Below are positions 43,132-53,058 of a stretch of 64,000 bases of DNA, one piece after another (position 1 is the stretch's first letter; the number at the start of each line of letters is the position of its first letter). The notes beneath the pieces were generated by a model. It saw only the letters and a program-made list of their open reading frames with translations, made no database searches and was not told the DNA's origin. The DNA comes from Verrucomicrobiia bacterium (GTDB lineage Bacteria; Patescibacteriota; Saccharimonadia; Saccharimonadales; JAGQNK01), in NCBI GenBank assembly GCA_035489575.1, contig DATHJY010000002.1:15080-79079 (forward strand). Reading direction: 5' to 3'. The position numbers and the translations under genes were made by a program.

Positions 43132-45825
43132 ATGGCCCCTTATTTCTGGCGTTTTCTTAAAGTATCAGGAACAACTTTGTTCGCTGCCCTTTTCGCTATG
43201 GAGCAGATCTTGCGGGGGCTCTGGCGAATAATCAGGGCCATCCGCGGACTGTGTGGTTGGCTGATTGGAATTTCGCTGATAGTCATAGTGGTGGTTGCGC
43301 TTCTCACGGTGCTTAGTTACTTTGCCGAACCCCGTCTTGGCGTATTTGCCCAGGACATGCAGGTGTGGCTTATGGAGGATAAGCGGTGGCAGATAGTTCT
43401 GGGCGGAATGTCGGCGGTACTGGTCATAGCCTGGAACAGCTTGTCGCCTACGCTGCGGGCGCTGTTTGGCAGTGGGCTGTCTAAGCCTGTGGTCTGGTTC
43501 TTGGCTGGGTTGGCACTGGTTGAAAGCGACAGGTTAGTCTGGATTAAAGAGGACGTTGCTTACCTAAACAAGGTCATGGGCGGGCTGGTTCTGTGCGTAG
43601 TTGCTTTGGGGGTGCTGGCAAAAATACGCTCTCGGCGGACGACTCCATGGCGAGAGTCGTATAGGCCGACAGCGCTGTATGATTCGCAGTCACAAATAGT
43701 CAATAACATTACCCGTCTTATTATGGATGCCGAGCCTTCTGTGTTTGCCGTATCGGGTCGGTGGGGAATTGGAAAGTCGTTTTTGCTGAAACGTGCCAGA
43801 GAGATGCTCGGCTTTGACGAGTCAATTATTTGGGTCGACTTTGAGCCCTGGCGGTATGCATCAGAAGAGGCACTCATCCGGGGTTTTTACGACGACATAG
43901 CCAGGAGATTAGCAAAGGATATACCGGGTATCCAGCACATCGTGAGACCACTAGCCGAAACATCCGAGAAGTTTGTGAAGAAGCATGATGGCAGCGGTGT
44001 CTTGGGTACGGCGCTGGATATGGCTCGCACAGTTTTTAGCCCGCCAGTCAAAGATGCGCCAGAAGTACAGATTGAAAAATTGCTAAAGCGCGAGGGCAAG
44101 CGCCTGGTGATAGTGATTGATGACGTAGAAAGATCGTTCAACGCCGAGCGGATTTTTAGGACCTTGCAGCTTGCGCATTTTGCGCAAGGCATTGACGGCG
44201 TGCAGGTGGTATTTTTGTTCGACAAAGATGCGGTGCTGGCGGCGCGACCAAAACATTTTAGCAATCAGCTCCTGGGCACAACTGAGTATCTGGAAAAGTT
44301 TGTGGGCCTGGAGATAGTTGTGCCCAGCCCTCGGCCGGCAGAGCTGAGGCAACTTTTTTCTAGACTAGTCAGTTCGAGAATGAGCAGCCAGGGTTTTGAT
44401 GACTTTACAGAAAAAGACCTTTCAGACGAAATGCTTGCAGCAATCGGAACGCCCCGGGCTACCATAGGGCTTTTTGGTGAGCTTGAAAACTTTCAAGGTA
44501 ATATGCGTGATGGCCGTGGAGAGGCTGCGGCTATTGGTCCTCAAGATCTCATTGCCCTGGCATTTTTGAAGACGAAATATTGGGGGCTTTTTCGTGACAT
44601 CGAAGTCAACAGAGACTTGTACACTCAGTCGCGCCAGGAAGACAAACGCGCATCGTTTTCATTTGATGTTGACTTGCCCAAATACCGCAAAGAGCACTTT
44701 GACCAGCTGTTCGAGATGCTCGGCTACCCGGCTGACGATATAACTCTGCTTAGTTCGCTCCTGAATGATATATTTCCTGGCTGGGTGGGCGGCAGAGGGG
44801 TGAGCGAGGATGACCTGCGCATAAATAAGCGCGTAGGCCATCGGGATTTGCTGGACCTATATTTCTCGTATGGGATTTCGCATCAGGCGTTTATGCTGCG
44901 GATGGAACACGTTGAGTCTGTCACTAGTATTGCAACCAAGCCACACAGCGAGAAAACAATCAAACGTGCTTTTAAAGATTTCAATACCTACGCCCTGTCT
45001 CAAGAGGAAACTGGTGATATTGCACGGCTGTTGTCGCGCCAGCTCCTACGTATCCAGCGTGAACAAAACGTGCCAATCATGGTGTGGCGGTGCTGGCTGA
45101 GGGCTTTGGTGCAGTACGAATCAGCTGCCACGGCGGAGGGGGCCAATGCGTTAATGGCTGCTATTCTTTCTGGTGCGAATGACAGTATCCGGCAAAGTTT
45201 TCCGACAGTTGCGGGCGATGTGTCGCCGGATAGGGTGGCTGCTGCCGGTACATTATTTAAGAATATAGATCGGTACCTTGCCGATCCTTACTTGGCCGTG
45301 CTCTTGCTCATGTTTGTACATCCCGAGCAAGGCAATGATTTTTTCGTTGGGTACATGGATAAGCACGGGCCAAAAGAGCTTTTCGGACCTGTACTCAGAT
45401 ATGTCGATACTTACTTCATAACAGAAGACCGCAATATTTTTCGCGACCGTGGCTTGCCATATGCGGTTTTTGTCCTCAAAGAATGGAGTCTCAGCGTCTC
45501 GTTGACAAACGAGATCAATAGTACTGCCGTGGGCGCTAAAAGACGCCACCGTAGGGTTAATGACTATGCGCTTCAACTATTGAAACAAGACACAGAAATG
45601 ATCTATGGGTTTATGCGTCAGCAATTTTGGGTCTCAGATTCTGACGGCCGGAATTCAGGCTGGCGCGTGGCGCGCACTATTGCTCAATACGACAATAAAG
45701 CCGATCTCAGTACCTTGCGGCAGCTGGTGCAGACGGCTTTGGCTAGTCAGCGCCTAGAACCTTCCCAGAAGGAAGAGCTTAGGAAGCTCGACGAATTACT
45801 GGGGCGGCACAAAGCCTCGCGCTAG
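43132..45825 (+). CDS. KAP-family P-loop NTPase with an N-terminal multi-TM region
   Basis: VFAVSGRWGIGKSFLLK (Walker A), VDFEPWRY and LVIVIDDVERS (Walker B). About four hydrophobic helices lie in the first ~170 aa. Confidence 0.85.
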   Translation: MAPYFWRFLKVSGTTLFAALFAMEQILRGLWRIIRAIRGLCGWLIGISLIVIVVVALLTVLSYFAEPRLGVFAQDMQVWLMEDKRWQIVLGGMSAVLVIAWNSLSPTLRALFGSGLSKPVVWFLAGLALVESDRLVWIKEDVAYLNKVMGGLVLCVVALGVLAKIRSRRTTPWRESYRPTALYDSQSQIVNNITRLIMDAEPSVFAVSGRWGIGKSFLLKRAREMLGFDESIIWVDFEPWRYASEEALIRGFYDDIARRLAKDIPGIQHIVRPLAETSEKFVKKHDGSGVLGTALDMARTVFSPPVKDAPEVQIEKLLKREGKRLVIVIDDVERSFNAERIFRTLQLAHFAQGIDGVQVVFLFDKDAVLAARPKHFSNQLLGTTEYLEKFVGLEIVVPSPRPAELRQLFSRLVSSRMSSQGFDDFTEKDLSDEMLAAIGTPRATIGLFGELENFQGNMRDGRGEAAAIGPQDLIALAFLKTKYWGLFRDIEVNRDLYTQSRQEDKRASFSFDVDLPKYRKEHFDQLFEMLGYPADDITLLSSLLNDIFPGWVGGRGVSEDDLRINKRVGHRDLLDLYFSYGISHQAFMLRMEHVESVTSIATKPHSEKTIKRAFKDFNTYALSQEETGDIARLLSRQLLRIQREQNVPIMVWRCWLRALVQYESAATAEGANALMAAILSGANDSIRQSFPTVAGDVSPDRVAAAGTLFKNIDRYLADPYLAVLLLMFVHPEQGNDFFVGYMDKHGPKELFGPVLRYVDTYFITEDRNIFRDRGLPYAVFVLKEWSLSVSLTNEINSTAVGAKRRHRRVNDYALQLLKQDTEMIYGFMRQQFWVSDSDGRNSGWRVARTIAQYDNKADLSTLRQLVQTALASQRLEPSQKEELRKLDELLGRHKASR

Positions 45826-45829
45826 CCTT

Positions 45830-46129
45830 TTATTCGGCGAAGGGGTTCTGGCGGGCTTGCTCGAACAGGGATTTTACTTCCACGTTTTGGGCCTGCAAGT
45901 TCTCTATTTTTTCGGCTAGTTTTTTGTCTAGCTTTGGTCTTTTGACGGTTTGCAGTTTTTCGGTGATAGCCTCGTCCGATGGTTCTTGGCGGGTGAGGGT
46001 GTTAATACGCAGTAACATAAAGGCGTACAGGCCCAGGAAGAACATGACAAAGATGAACACCGTGTACTTGCGTAGTTTTTGTGCAAGCGGGGCCAGTTTG
46101 GTGGTGATGGTTTTGAGGTCTATATTCAT
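45830..46129 (-). CDS. Small single-pass membrane protein, last gene of the pilMNO operon
   Basis: One TM helix and a coiled charged C-terminus. The start overlaps the upstream stop. Confidence 0.45.
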   Translation of the reverse strand: MNIDLKTITTKLAPLAQKLRKYTVFIFVMFFLGLYAFMLLRINTLTRQEPSDEAITEKLQTVKRPKLDKKLAEKIENLQAQNVEVKSLFEQARQNPFAE

Positions 46130-46758
46130 GGCTTTATAAATACATTAACAACTAATGTGAACTTTACGCTAGTGGGGTTCAGGCTGTCCGGGGTGATGTT
46201 GATACTGCTGACTTGGGCGGTCCGCCGGTTGGTCTCTAGCTTTTGCAAAAAGGTGATGAGCTTGCTAAAGGTGACGCCTGGGCTGTTGGCCTGCAGGCTT
46301 ATCTCTAGCTGGTAGACGCCGGTCATGCCTTCTACTGGTTTGACCTGGGTAATAGGCGGAGCGGTGGGTTTGGGCGCGGCGGTCTCGCCGGCGGCTGGGG
46401 TGGCTGGTTTGGCTACGGCTTGGCCCAAGGTAGAGGACGGGAAGGTGATGGAATCTATGGGGATACCGGAATCTGCAGCTAGCTTGGTCAGCTCGCGAAC
46501 GGTCTGCGCCTGGTCTTTGTCTTGGGGCACGATCTGCTTGGCTATTTTGTTTAGTTCGGCGTATTGAACTATATCGCGCTTGGCCTGGGTGACGGCTATT
46601 TTTTGTTCTTCTTGGACTTTGTTTTCTAGCTTGAGATCGGTTAGGTTCTGGGTCTCTTTTGTCAGGAGCGAACTACCGACCACCACGCCGGCAACAGTCA
46701 GCAAGCTCAGTAGCACAACGATGCCCAGCAGCACGTAAAAGAAGCGTTTGTTCGTCAT
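46126..46758 (-). CDS. PilO-like pilus assembly protein
   Basis: N-terminal TM helix, a coiled coil and a C-terminal alpha/beta domain. Positioned after pilN. Confidence 0.55.
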   Translation of the reverse strand: MTNKRFFYVLLGIVVLLSLLTVAGVVVGSSLLTKETQNLTDLKLENKVQEEQKIAVTQAKRDIVQYAELNKIAKQIVPQDKDQAQTVRELTKLAADSGIPIDSITFPSSTLGQAVAKPATPAAGETAAPKPTAPPITQVKPVEGMTGVYQLEISLQANSPGVTFSKLITFLQKLETNRRTAQVSSINITPDSLNPTSVKFTLVVNVFIKP

Positions 46759-46759
46759 G

Positions 46760-47350
46760 TTAGATGCCTCCTCCAGAATTTAGGAGATAGAACGGATTTT
46801 CTTTGGCAAACAGTGCCCGATAGGTGCCCACACAAGCATATTTGTTTTGTGGTGCTGGGTTGCAGTTGACGCTGATGATGTCTACTTTTTCAAAGATTTT
46901 GTTAGCGGGGTCTTGCAGATTGACCTGTACTTGGGTGGCGGTCTGGTAGTTGGTAGAGGCTATCTGCAGGTCTAGTCCGCCCTGGGGTTTGTTGAGGCTC
47001 AGACTGCTTAGTTGGGTGCCGGCGGGCATGGCCGCGCCAATTTGTTTGATAAGGCCAGAGAACAATATCTGCTTGGACAAGACTTGTTGCACTAGCTTGA
47101 AATTGTTGCTGATTTCTTCTACCTGTTTTTGGGTTTCGTCCAGTTTTTGGTCTTTTAGTTCTTGCTTGGATAACTCTACTTGGCGGGTGACGTTTTGAAT
47201 GTTTTGGTGAATATAGAAATAGCCAAAGGCCACCACCAGTGCCAGGCCAGCAATGCCTACCAAAATGGCAAAGATCCAGTGTAGCAGGCGAGTGTTGCGC
47301 CGGGCGTACATGATGTCATCACGGGTTTGTGGAGGGAGGAGATTGATCAT
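46760..47350 (-). CDS. pilN: PilN-like fimbrial assembly protein
   Basis: MINLLPPQTRDD...RNTRLLHW followed by a TM helix is a typical PilN N-terminus. Confidence 0.7.
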   Translation of the reverse strand: MINLLPPQTRDDIMYARRNTRLLHWIFAILVGIAGLALVVAFGYFYIHQNIQNVTRQVELSKQELKDQKLDETQKQVEEISNNFKLVQQVLSKQILFSGLIKQIGAAMPAGTQLSSLSLNKPQGGLDLQIASTNYQTATQVQVNLQDPANKIFEKVDIISVNCNPAPQNKYACVGTYRALFAKENPFYLLNSGGGI

Positions 47351-48429
47351 TATCTGAAAATCTCCTTGGGATTGATCAGCGCCAAGCCGGCAGTGGTGAC
47401 GTACATGGATTTTTCTGCACTGGTGGGTGGCTGCAGGCCGTCAAAGTTGAGGTGCTGCCATGGGTCGCACATGCGCACTGGCAGGCGCAGGCTATTGGTC
47501 AGGTATTCGGACAGGCCGGGCATGTTGGCGCCGCCGCCCATAGTGACAACCTGGCCAATCTTGCGATCGGTATCGGTGCGTTCTTCGTAGTAGCGGATCA
47601 TGCGGCGGATCTCTTTGCCCAGCTGTTCTAGTATGGGCGTGAGAGCAGTGGTGATCTCTTGTTGTTTTTTGCTCAGGCCCAGTCCGTATTTGGTTTTTAT
47701 CACGTGGGCTTCTTCTTTGCTGACCCTGAGGGTGTCGGCGATGATGCTAGTAAAGCTGTCGCCCCCGCCTGGTACGGTGCCAGTGACTATCAGAGTTTTG
47801 TCGTAAACGGTCAGGTCAGAGGCCAGCGAGCCCAAGTCTATGAGGACGGCTGGCACATCACTTTGCTCGGCCTGTACAAACAGACGCGAGGCAGCGCTGA
47901 TGGTGGTTTCCATAGTTACGGGTTCTAGCCCCAGCAGGTTTAGCAGCACAATGTAGGAGTCTATAATGCGCTTTGGTACGGCCACGGCCAGTAGCTCGGT
48001 GCCCTTGTCTGCTGACTGCAATATGGTGCTGTAGTCCATATACAGCTCATCTATAGGCATGGGTATGTATTGCTCGGCCTCTAGCCGGACGGCCTCGTCT
48101 ATTTCGCTCTTTTTCATGGGCGGCAGTGTCATGGTGCGGTTAAAAGTGCGGCTGGCTGGAATAGACACCGCTACTCGTCGGGTGGTGATTTCGCCCACCA
48201 GGTTTTTGTCGAATAGTTCAAATATGGCTGCAGCAACTACCTCTGGGTCAGTAATAACGCCGTCAGTAATAGCAGCGGGGTTAAAGCGAGCCACGCCGTA
48301 GCCTGTCACGTCACGGTCTGTGCCTTTGTGATCCAGCTGCATGACCTTGAGACTGCTGAACCCAATGTCTAGGCCAAACACTGGTTTGTCGTGGTAGAAA
48401 TGCGATGGTTTGGGCGCGGTATTGGCCAT
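47350..48429 (-). CDS. pilM: Type IV pilus assembly ATPase-fold protein PilM
   Basis: FGLDIGFSSLKVMQL...LIDLGS...VTMGGGANMPGL shows the actin-like fold pattern. Confidence 0.85.
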   Translation of the reverse strand: MANTAPKPSHFYHDKPVFGLDIGFSSLKVMQLDHKGTDRDVTGYGVARFNPAAITDGVITDPEVVAAAIFELFDKNLVGEITTRRVAVSIPASRTFNRTMTLPPMKKSEIDEAVRLEAEQYIPMPIDELYMDYSTILQSADKGTELLAVAVPKRIIDSYIVLLNLLGLEPVTMETTISAASRLFVQAEQSDVPAVLIDLGSLASDLTVYDKTLIVTGTVPGGGDSFTSIIADTLRVSKEEAHVIKTKYGLGLSKKQQEITTALTPILEQLGKEIRRMIRYYEERTDTDRKIGQVVTMGGGANMPGLSEYLTNSLRLPVRMCDPWQHLNFDGLQPPTSAEKSMYVTTAGLALINPKEIFR

Positions 48430-48547
48430 GCTAACACTCCCTCTTGGGGCTGTGCGTGGTAGATATTATCAAATACTTTATTTTTCTCATGCTTGCCCAT
48501 CAAAGCGTAAGCGGCTTTATCTTAAGTATATCAGATATGATCTGTTA

Positions 48548-50503
48548 TTACAGGGTCGGAATAACGTCTGCGGGGCAGGTTGTGGCCCACTGCGTGGCCG
48601 CAATATTCCATTTGGCCCTAAAGTATTCCTCCAGCGCCTCTACCTGGCGGCATTCTAGGGCGGTGTCGTATATGACTACCTCGGCAAAGTCACCGTTGAA
48701 GTAGTTGGTGCCAGAGCCGGCCGCCATAGTGCCGCTGCGCCGGCCACCGTAGTAGAACTGATCGAGCCCAAAGGTGTAAGGTGACCCGCTGGGTGACAGA
48801 TTGGTCTTGGTGGCTACCTGCGCGCCGTTACCCTTCAGAATACTGTCTATGGTGTTCGAGCCGTTGATGTTAAAACGGCTGACAAACATGTAGGGACTGC
48901 CATTACAGGCTGACCCACAAGTGTAGTCGGTGCGGTAGGTATTGCTGCTGCCGGTGTATTGGCTAGAGAAGCCATTGCCAGAAGAGAAACGGTACAGCGG
49001 AATCAGACTATTGCCAGCTGTTGTGTCGTTGGTGCCCGTGCTGGTCATACCCGACACGATACGACCATCGCTAGAAGAGGTGGTCATGTTGGGTTTTATG
49101 ACTGCAAAGACGGTTAACTCTCTTTTGTTTGTCAGGGCAGTGGTCAGGGCGCTGAGAAGTGCGCCATTATTGAACCGAACAATGGTTTTGCTATTGATCT
49201 GATTGTCTTGCCTGGTGGGCGCGGTGCCGTAGGCCATGGCAGCGTGATTGCCATTGCCCGATTTGTCCAGCCATTGGCTGATACCGTCGCCATTGTTAGC
49301 TTGTTGAACGCTGCCGGTAGAGTAAGAAATGGTTAGCTTCGGCCCTTTACTGTTGCAACCCAGATTGAACAAGCTAAAGTTGCCTTTACAAATTCTTCGG
49401 ATTCCGCTGCCGGCGGTTCGCTGCACGCCAAAGCCAATCCGACCGCTATGAGTGCTGGGCGCCCAGTTGGCGTTGTTGACCATCTCTTGCACAACGGATG
49501 TGAGGTCAAAGTTGAGGGTACTGCCCTGGTTGAGGTTATTTGATACTTGGGTCAGTGAGGTGCCGGTGCGCAAGGTTGCGTTGGTAATCCGAGATCTTAC
49601 TTGGTTTGTTCCGGATGGCGAGAAAAGATTCAGGTGTGGGTCAGCTGCCGTATTAAACAGTCCATACAGTTGGTGTGTTACCGTGCCGTTGGAGTCGCCA
49701 GACGAGCCGGTCAGTTGCAGGGTAGCCGAGGTGATAATGGCGTTTTTTGGCACGCTGATGTTTTGGAATACGAAGCCGTCGTACAGCAGCCGGTTGGCGG
49801 TTGACCCACTGCAATTGCCGACGAATTCGGTGTTGTCACATAGGTGCATCTCAACGTCGCTGCTCAGCCAGGACAGTGAACCTTGGCTGCCGTCGCTGGC
49901 TTTTTCTTCTATGGTGTCGTTGGGGGTAAAGAGGTCCAGTATGCCTAAGCCTATGGGTTGACTGACGTTGGAAGTGCCACTGGCAATACTCTTGAGCGTG
50001 GTTGTATCGCTGGCATCTAGCCAGACAGCAGGCGAGAAGTTGTCTGGGGTTTTGCAGACGGCGTAGGTGCGGATAATCTCGGAGCGTATATCAAAAACGT
50101 ACTGGGCGGTGCTGGATAGCTTGGGCAAGTACACGCGCCCGGTGCCTTTTATGACCTTTTCATATCCGTCGGCAGATGTAGACACGACCTCTGACTGGAA
50201 TGTCACGCGGTAGCGATTGTTAGACACCATGTCTGCCTCGGCGGTGCCGGCGTAAACACCGCAACTGGCACTGTCGAACTGTTCTTGGGCATAATCCACC
50301 GCCGCCTTCGAGGCGATCCGGGCCATCTGAATGTAGGCTTGTTTGTAGGCTAGATTGAGGCTGTTGTTGGATTGCATGAGGGCCGCGTAGGCTACCAGGC
50401 TCATGATGCTCATTAGCATTATCACCGAGGGCATAACGAAACCGGCCTGTGGTTTTTGCCCTAACAACCGAAGTGCCCGTCGGTAGCGCTTAATACGGCT
50501 CAT
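48548..50503 (-). CDS. Pilus-associated protein: PilX-like N-terminal anchor plus a C-terminal LamG/concanavalin-like domain
   Basis: The hydrophobic N-terminus GFVMPSVIMLMSIMSLVAYAAL comes first. The C-terminus, ...GSGTNYFNGDFAEVVIYDTAL, is typical of LamG_3 domains. It lies in an operon with the minor pilins. Confidence 0.6.
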   Translation of the reverse strand: MSRIKRYRRALRLLGQKPQAGFVMPSVIMLMSIMSLVAYAALMQSNNSLNLAYKQAYIQMARIASKAAVDYAQEQFDSASCGVYAGTAEADMVSNNRYRVTFQSEVVSTSADGYEKVIKGTGRVYLPKLSSTAQYVFDIRSEIIRTYAVCKTPDNFSPAVWLDASDTTTLKSIASGTSNVSQPIGLGILDLFTPNDTIEEKASDGSQGSLSWLSSDVEMHLCDNTEFVGNCSGSTANRLLYDGFVFQNISVPKNAIITSATLQLTGSSGDSNGTVTHQLYGLFNTAADPHLNLFSPSGTNQVRSRITNATLRTGTSLTQVSNNLNQGSTLNFDLTSVVQEMVNNANWAPSTHSGRIGFGVQRTAGSGIRRICKGNFSLFNLGCNSKGPKLTISYSTGSVQQANNGDGISQWLDKSGNGNHAAMAYGTAPTRQDNQINSKTIVRFNNGALLSALTTALTNKRELTVFAVIKPNMTTSSSDGRIVSGMTSTGTNDTTAGNSLIPLYRFSSGNGFSSQYTGSSNTYRTDYTCGSACNGSPYMFVSRFNINGSNTIDSILKGNGAQVATKTNLSPSGSPYTFGLDQFYYGGRRSGTMAAGSGTNYFNGDFAEVVIYDTALECRQVEALEEYFRAKWNIAATQWATTCPADVIPTL

Positions 50504-51222
50504 TGATTTAATTTCCTAAGGGTAATGCTGCTCGTGGCGGTGATGTCTTCGGCAAATGCCCGGTCTTTTAGGGTGAGGGTTATCTGTATTTTCTCTGCTG
50601 TTTCAGGGTTGGTTACTACGATGTTGCTGGTGTCGTAGTAGGTGAGGGTCATGCTTTGGAGTTTGTCTGTTAGTAGTCGATCGGCCGGACAGGAGCTGCT
50701 GGATTGGGCCTGGGGGCAGCTTTGTCTCTGAAAGCTAGTGCCGCAGGTGGCCATAGAGCTAGGTGCGCTGACGGTTCTTTTGTACAGGTTGGTGCCGCTG
50801 ACAAAATAAATAATGTTGTTGTACAGCGGAGAGTTGTCTTCTATCACCGATGCATCGCAGCCCTCGGTGTTTATATAAACGGGTTGGCGGTTGGCGGCTC
50901 GGCGATTGCCGGTGAGGGCAGGGGCAGAGACGATGAGAGTGGCCGGGGTAGAGTTGTATGTCCAGCCGCCCCCGGGTTGATGCCCATCGACGAGCCCGCT
51001 GTTCAGTCCTTGCTTAAAGGCGTTGGCGTAAAAGATATCGTCTTGCATGCTAAAGGTGATGTTTTGGGAGTCGACATTCAGGTTTACCTGCGCCCCCTGC
51101 TGGGTTAGTTGGCCGTATTGATTGAACAGGAAACTCATGGTCATCACGACAGTAATGATCATTATGGGGCTTATGATAAGTACCTCGACTAACGTGAAGC
51201 CTTTTTCGGCGAGCTTTCTCAT
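50500..51222 (-). CDS. Minor pilin (prepilin-type N-terminal cleavage/methylation domain)
   Basis: MRKLAEKG-FTLVEVLI class III signal. Confidence 0.7.
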   Translation of the reverse strand: MRKLAEKGFTLVEVLIISPIMIITVVMTMSFLFNQYGQLTQQGAQVNLNVDSQNITFSMQDDIFYANAFKQGLNSGLVDGHQPGGGWTYNSTPATLIVSAPALTGNRRAANRQPVYINTEGCDASVIEDNSPLYNNIIYFVSGTNLYKRTVSAPSSMATCGTSFQRQSCPQAQSSSSCPADRLLTDKLQSMTLTYYDTSNIVVTNPETAEKIQITLTLKDRAFAEDITATSSITLRKLNQ

Positions 51223-51641
51223 CGGCCCAGTCCGTTCTTTTGGATAAAATCGGCGTACTGGACAATACGCTTGTCTGCGCCGCTCCCAAATTCGATAGTT
51301 ACTACTACTTGTTTGAGCGTAGATGACAGCGTATTGATATAGACTTTGCCTACCCTTGGGGCTTCCAGAGTGGCGGACAGGCTGCTGCTAAAATCTTCTA
51401 CTTCTTGCAGGGTGCCGGTGGGGGTGGTGGCCGGCAGGCTGGTGTAGCTCATGTTTTCGTAGAACTGGATTTTGGCAAAGGCAACGGAGTTGGCCCTGTT
51501 AATATCTAGCGCCTTTTTGTTGATGTTCTGAATAGAAGTAAAGGTTATAAGAAAAGCGCCAAAGGCCACCCCGATAATAATTAGCGTGATTAATAATTCT
51601 ACAACTGCGAATCCCCGGGATTCGTCTCGTAAGGCGCTCAT
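51219..51641 (-). CDS. Minor pilin (prepilin-type N-terminal domain)
   Basis: MSALRDESRG-FAVVELLITLIIIGV. Confidence 0.7.
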   Translation of the reverse strand: MSALRDESRGFAVVELLITLIIIGVAFGAFLITFTSIQNINKKALDINRANSVAFAKIQFYENMSYTSLPATTPTGTLQEVEDFSSSLSATLEAPRVGKVYINTLSSTLKQVVVTIEFGSGADKRIVQYADFIQKNGLGR

Positions 51642-51780
51642 GCTTGGGTTTAATTATACACTCTCTGGTAGGTTCATAATTTTATGGTAAGCATAATCTG
51701 GCTTGCTAAAATGAGCCTGCCCTTCGGGCAACAGATGAGTCAAAGTCTGATTCGTCTTGTTCTTTCCCACGAAAGGAAGC

Positions 51781-53058
51781 ATGGTGTTTGCAAAGCTTCG
51801 TTCCATGCCCGCGCTGCTGGTATTGCTGACAGCGCTAGCTGTGGTTGGCAGAGACGCCGATCCAGTGGCTGCGGATGTGCCCAGCACAACTCTGACAGCG
51901 CCAAGTGTGAGTCCAAACCCCAATGGGGTGGTGGCGCATGGTGATGGCTCGGTTTCGGTGACCAGCAATCAATGCACTGGGTCTGTCAGTGACCCGACCT
52001 CGACGGCCAGCAGTGCTGTGACTATGTCGAGCTCGGGCGGTGTGCTCAACGCCATCCCCAAGATCAACGGGGGGTATCAGAGTCAGCCCTGCCAGAATCA
52101 CTATGTGGCGGGTGTGGACGGGACGGTATACACCGTGCAGGTGACCGGGTATCCCACTTATGCCTGGCGAATTGTTGCTATGCGTGACAATGCGGTCTTG
52201 TGGACGGGGCAGTTCAAGGATCCCAGTCCTAGCTGCTCAAATTGGTACGCCCAGGTGCATTCGCTGACAATGGACGAGTCAGGGGTATTGTACGCCAAGC
52301 TCGTCTGGACGTATTTGTCCTCGTCTTGCCTCGGAAAAGAGGCGATCGTTGCGCTTGATGCGAGTAATGGCGACATCAACTTCCAGACGCCCGTGCCCGG
52401 AGTTTCCCCTAGCCGGGGCACTCATATTCTGGAGATCATGCCGTATTCCGGTGGTATTGCAGTGCTGAGCGGTGACTCCGTCTACTACTACGACTATGAC
52501 GGGGCACCTCTCTCGTCTGCGACAACCTTTGCTCCCAGCCTGAGTAGTGGGACAAACATTTCGGACATTAGGTACGTGACTAATACGGGGCGCGTGTTCA
52601 TTGCTACCACCAAATACGTCTCGGGCTGCTGCACCTATGAATATCACCTGTACTACAAGAACCCTGGTGACACCACTATCTCCGAGGTGAATCTGGGAGG
52701 CGTAGCCCTGCAGTGGCTATATACTACCCCTTCAAATGGGGTAGTGGCCACGCATATTACGGGTTTTACGTACTTCGATTCCAGTGGTACGGCTGTCTAT
52801 CAGCGGAACTTCAACTCAGAGACAGGGGCCAGCGTCTACAATCATTCCATAGTTGTAGACAATGATGGCAATGTCATCCTGCGGCGAGTGGCTACCTACC
52901 AAGGTAGCACACAGGATCAGCATGTCATCGTGGATTCATTCAGCCCCACGGGTACGGCCACGCGGCTGTTTAGCAGTGCATCAATGGGAGGACCAGGCTT
53001 CGACGCCTACTTCTCATGGACCCAGCTGCAGCAGTCAATCGGCGGTGGCTGTATCTGA
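51781..53058 (+). CDS. Secreted repeat protein (beta-propeller-like)
   Basis: The ATG follows AAGGAAG. Signal peptide MVFAKLRSMPALLVLLTALAVVG. Recurrent short strands of the type GTVYTV, GVLYAKL, GDSVYYYDYDG, GRVFIAT and GNVILRRV. Confidence 0.5.
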   Translation: MVFAKLRSMPALLVLLTALAVVGRDADPVAADVPSTTLTAPSVSPNPNGVVAHGDGSVSVTSNQCTGSVSDPTSTASSAVTMSSSGGVLNAIPKINGGYQSQPCQNHYVAGVDGTVYTVQVTGYPTYAWRIVAMRDNAVLWTGQFKDPSPSCSNWYAQVHSLTMDESGVLYAKLVWTYLSSSCLGKEAIVALDASNGDINFQTPVPGVSPSRGTHILEIMPYSGGIAVLSGDSVYYYDYDGAPLSSATTFAPSLSSGTNISDIRYVTNTGRVFIATTKYVSGCCTYEYHLYYKNPGDTTISEVNLGGVALQWLYTTPSNGVVATHITGFTYFDSSGTAVYQRNFNSETGASVYNHSIVVDNDGNVILRRVATYQGSTQDQHVIVDSFSPTGTATRLFSSASMGGPGFDAYFSWTQLQQSIGGGCI

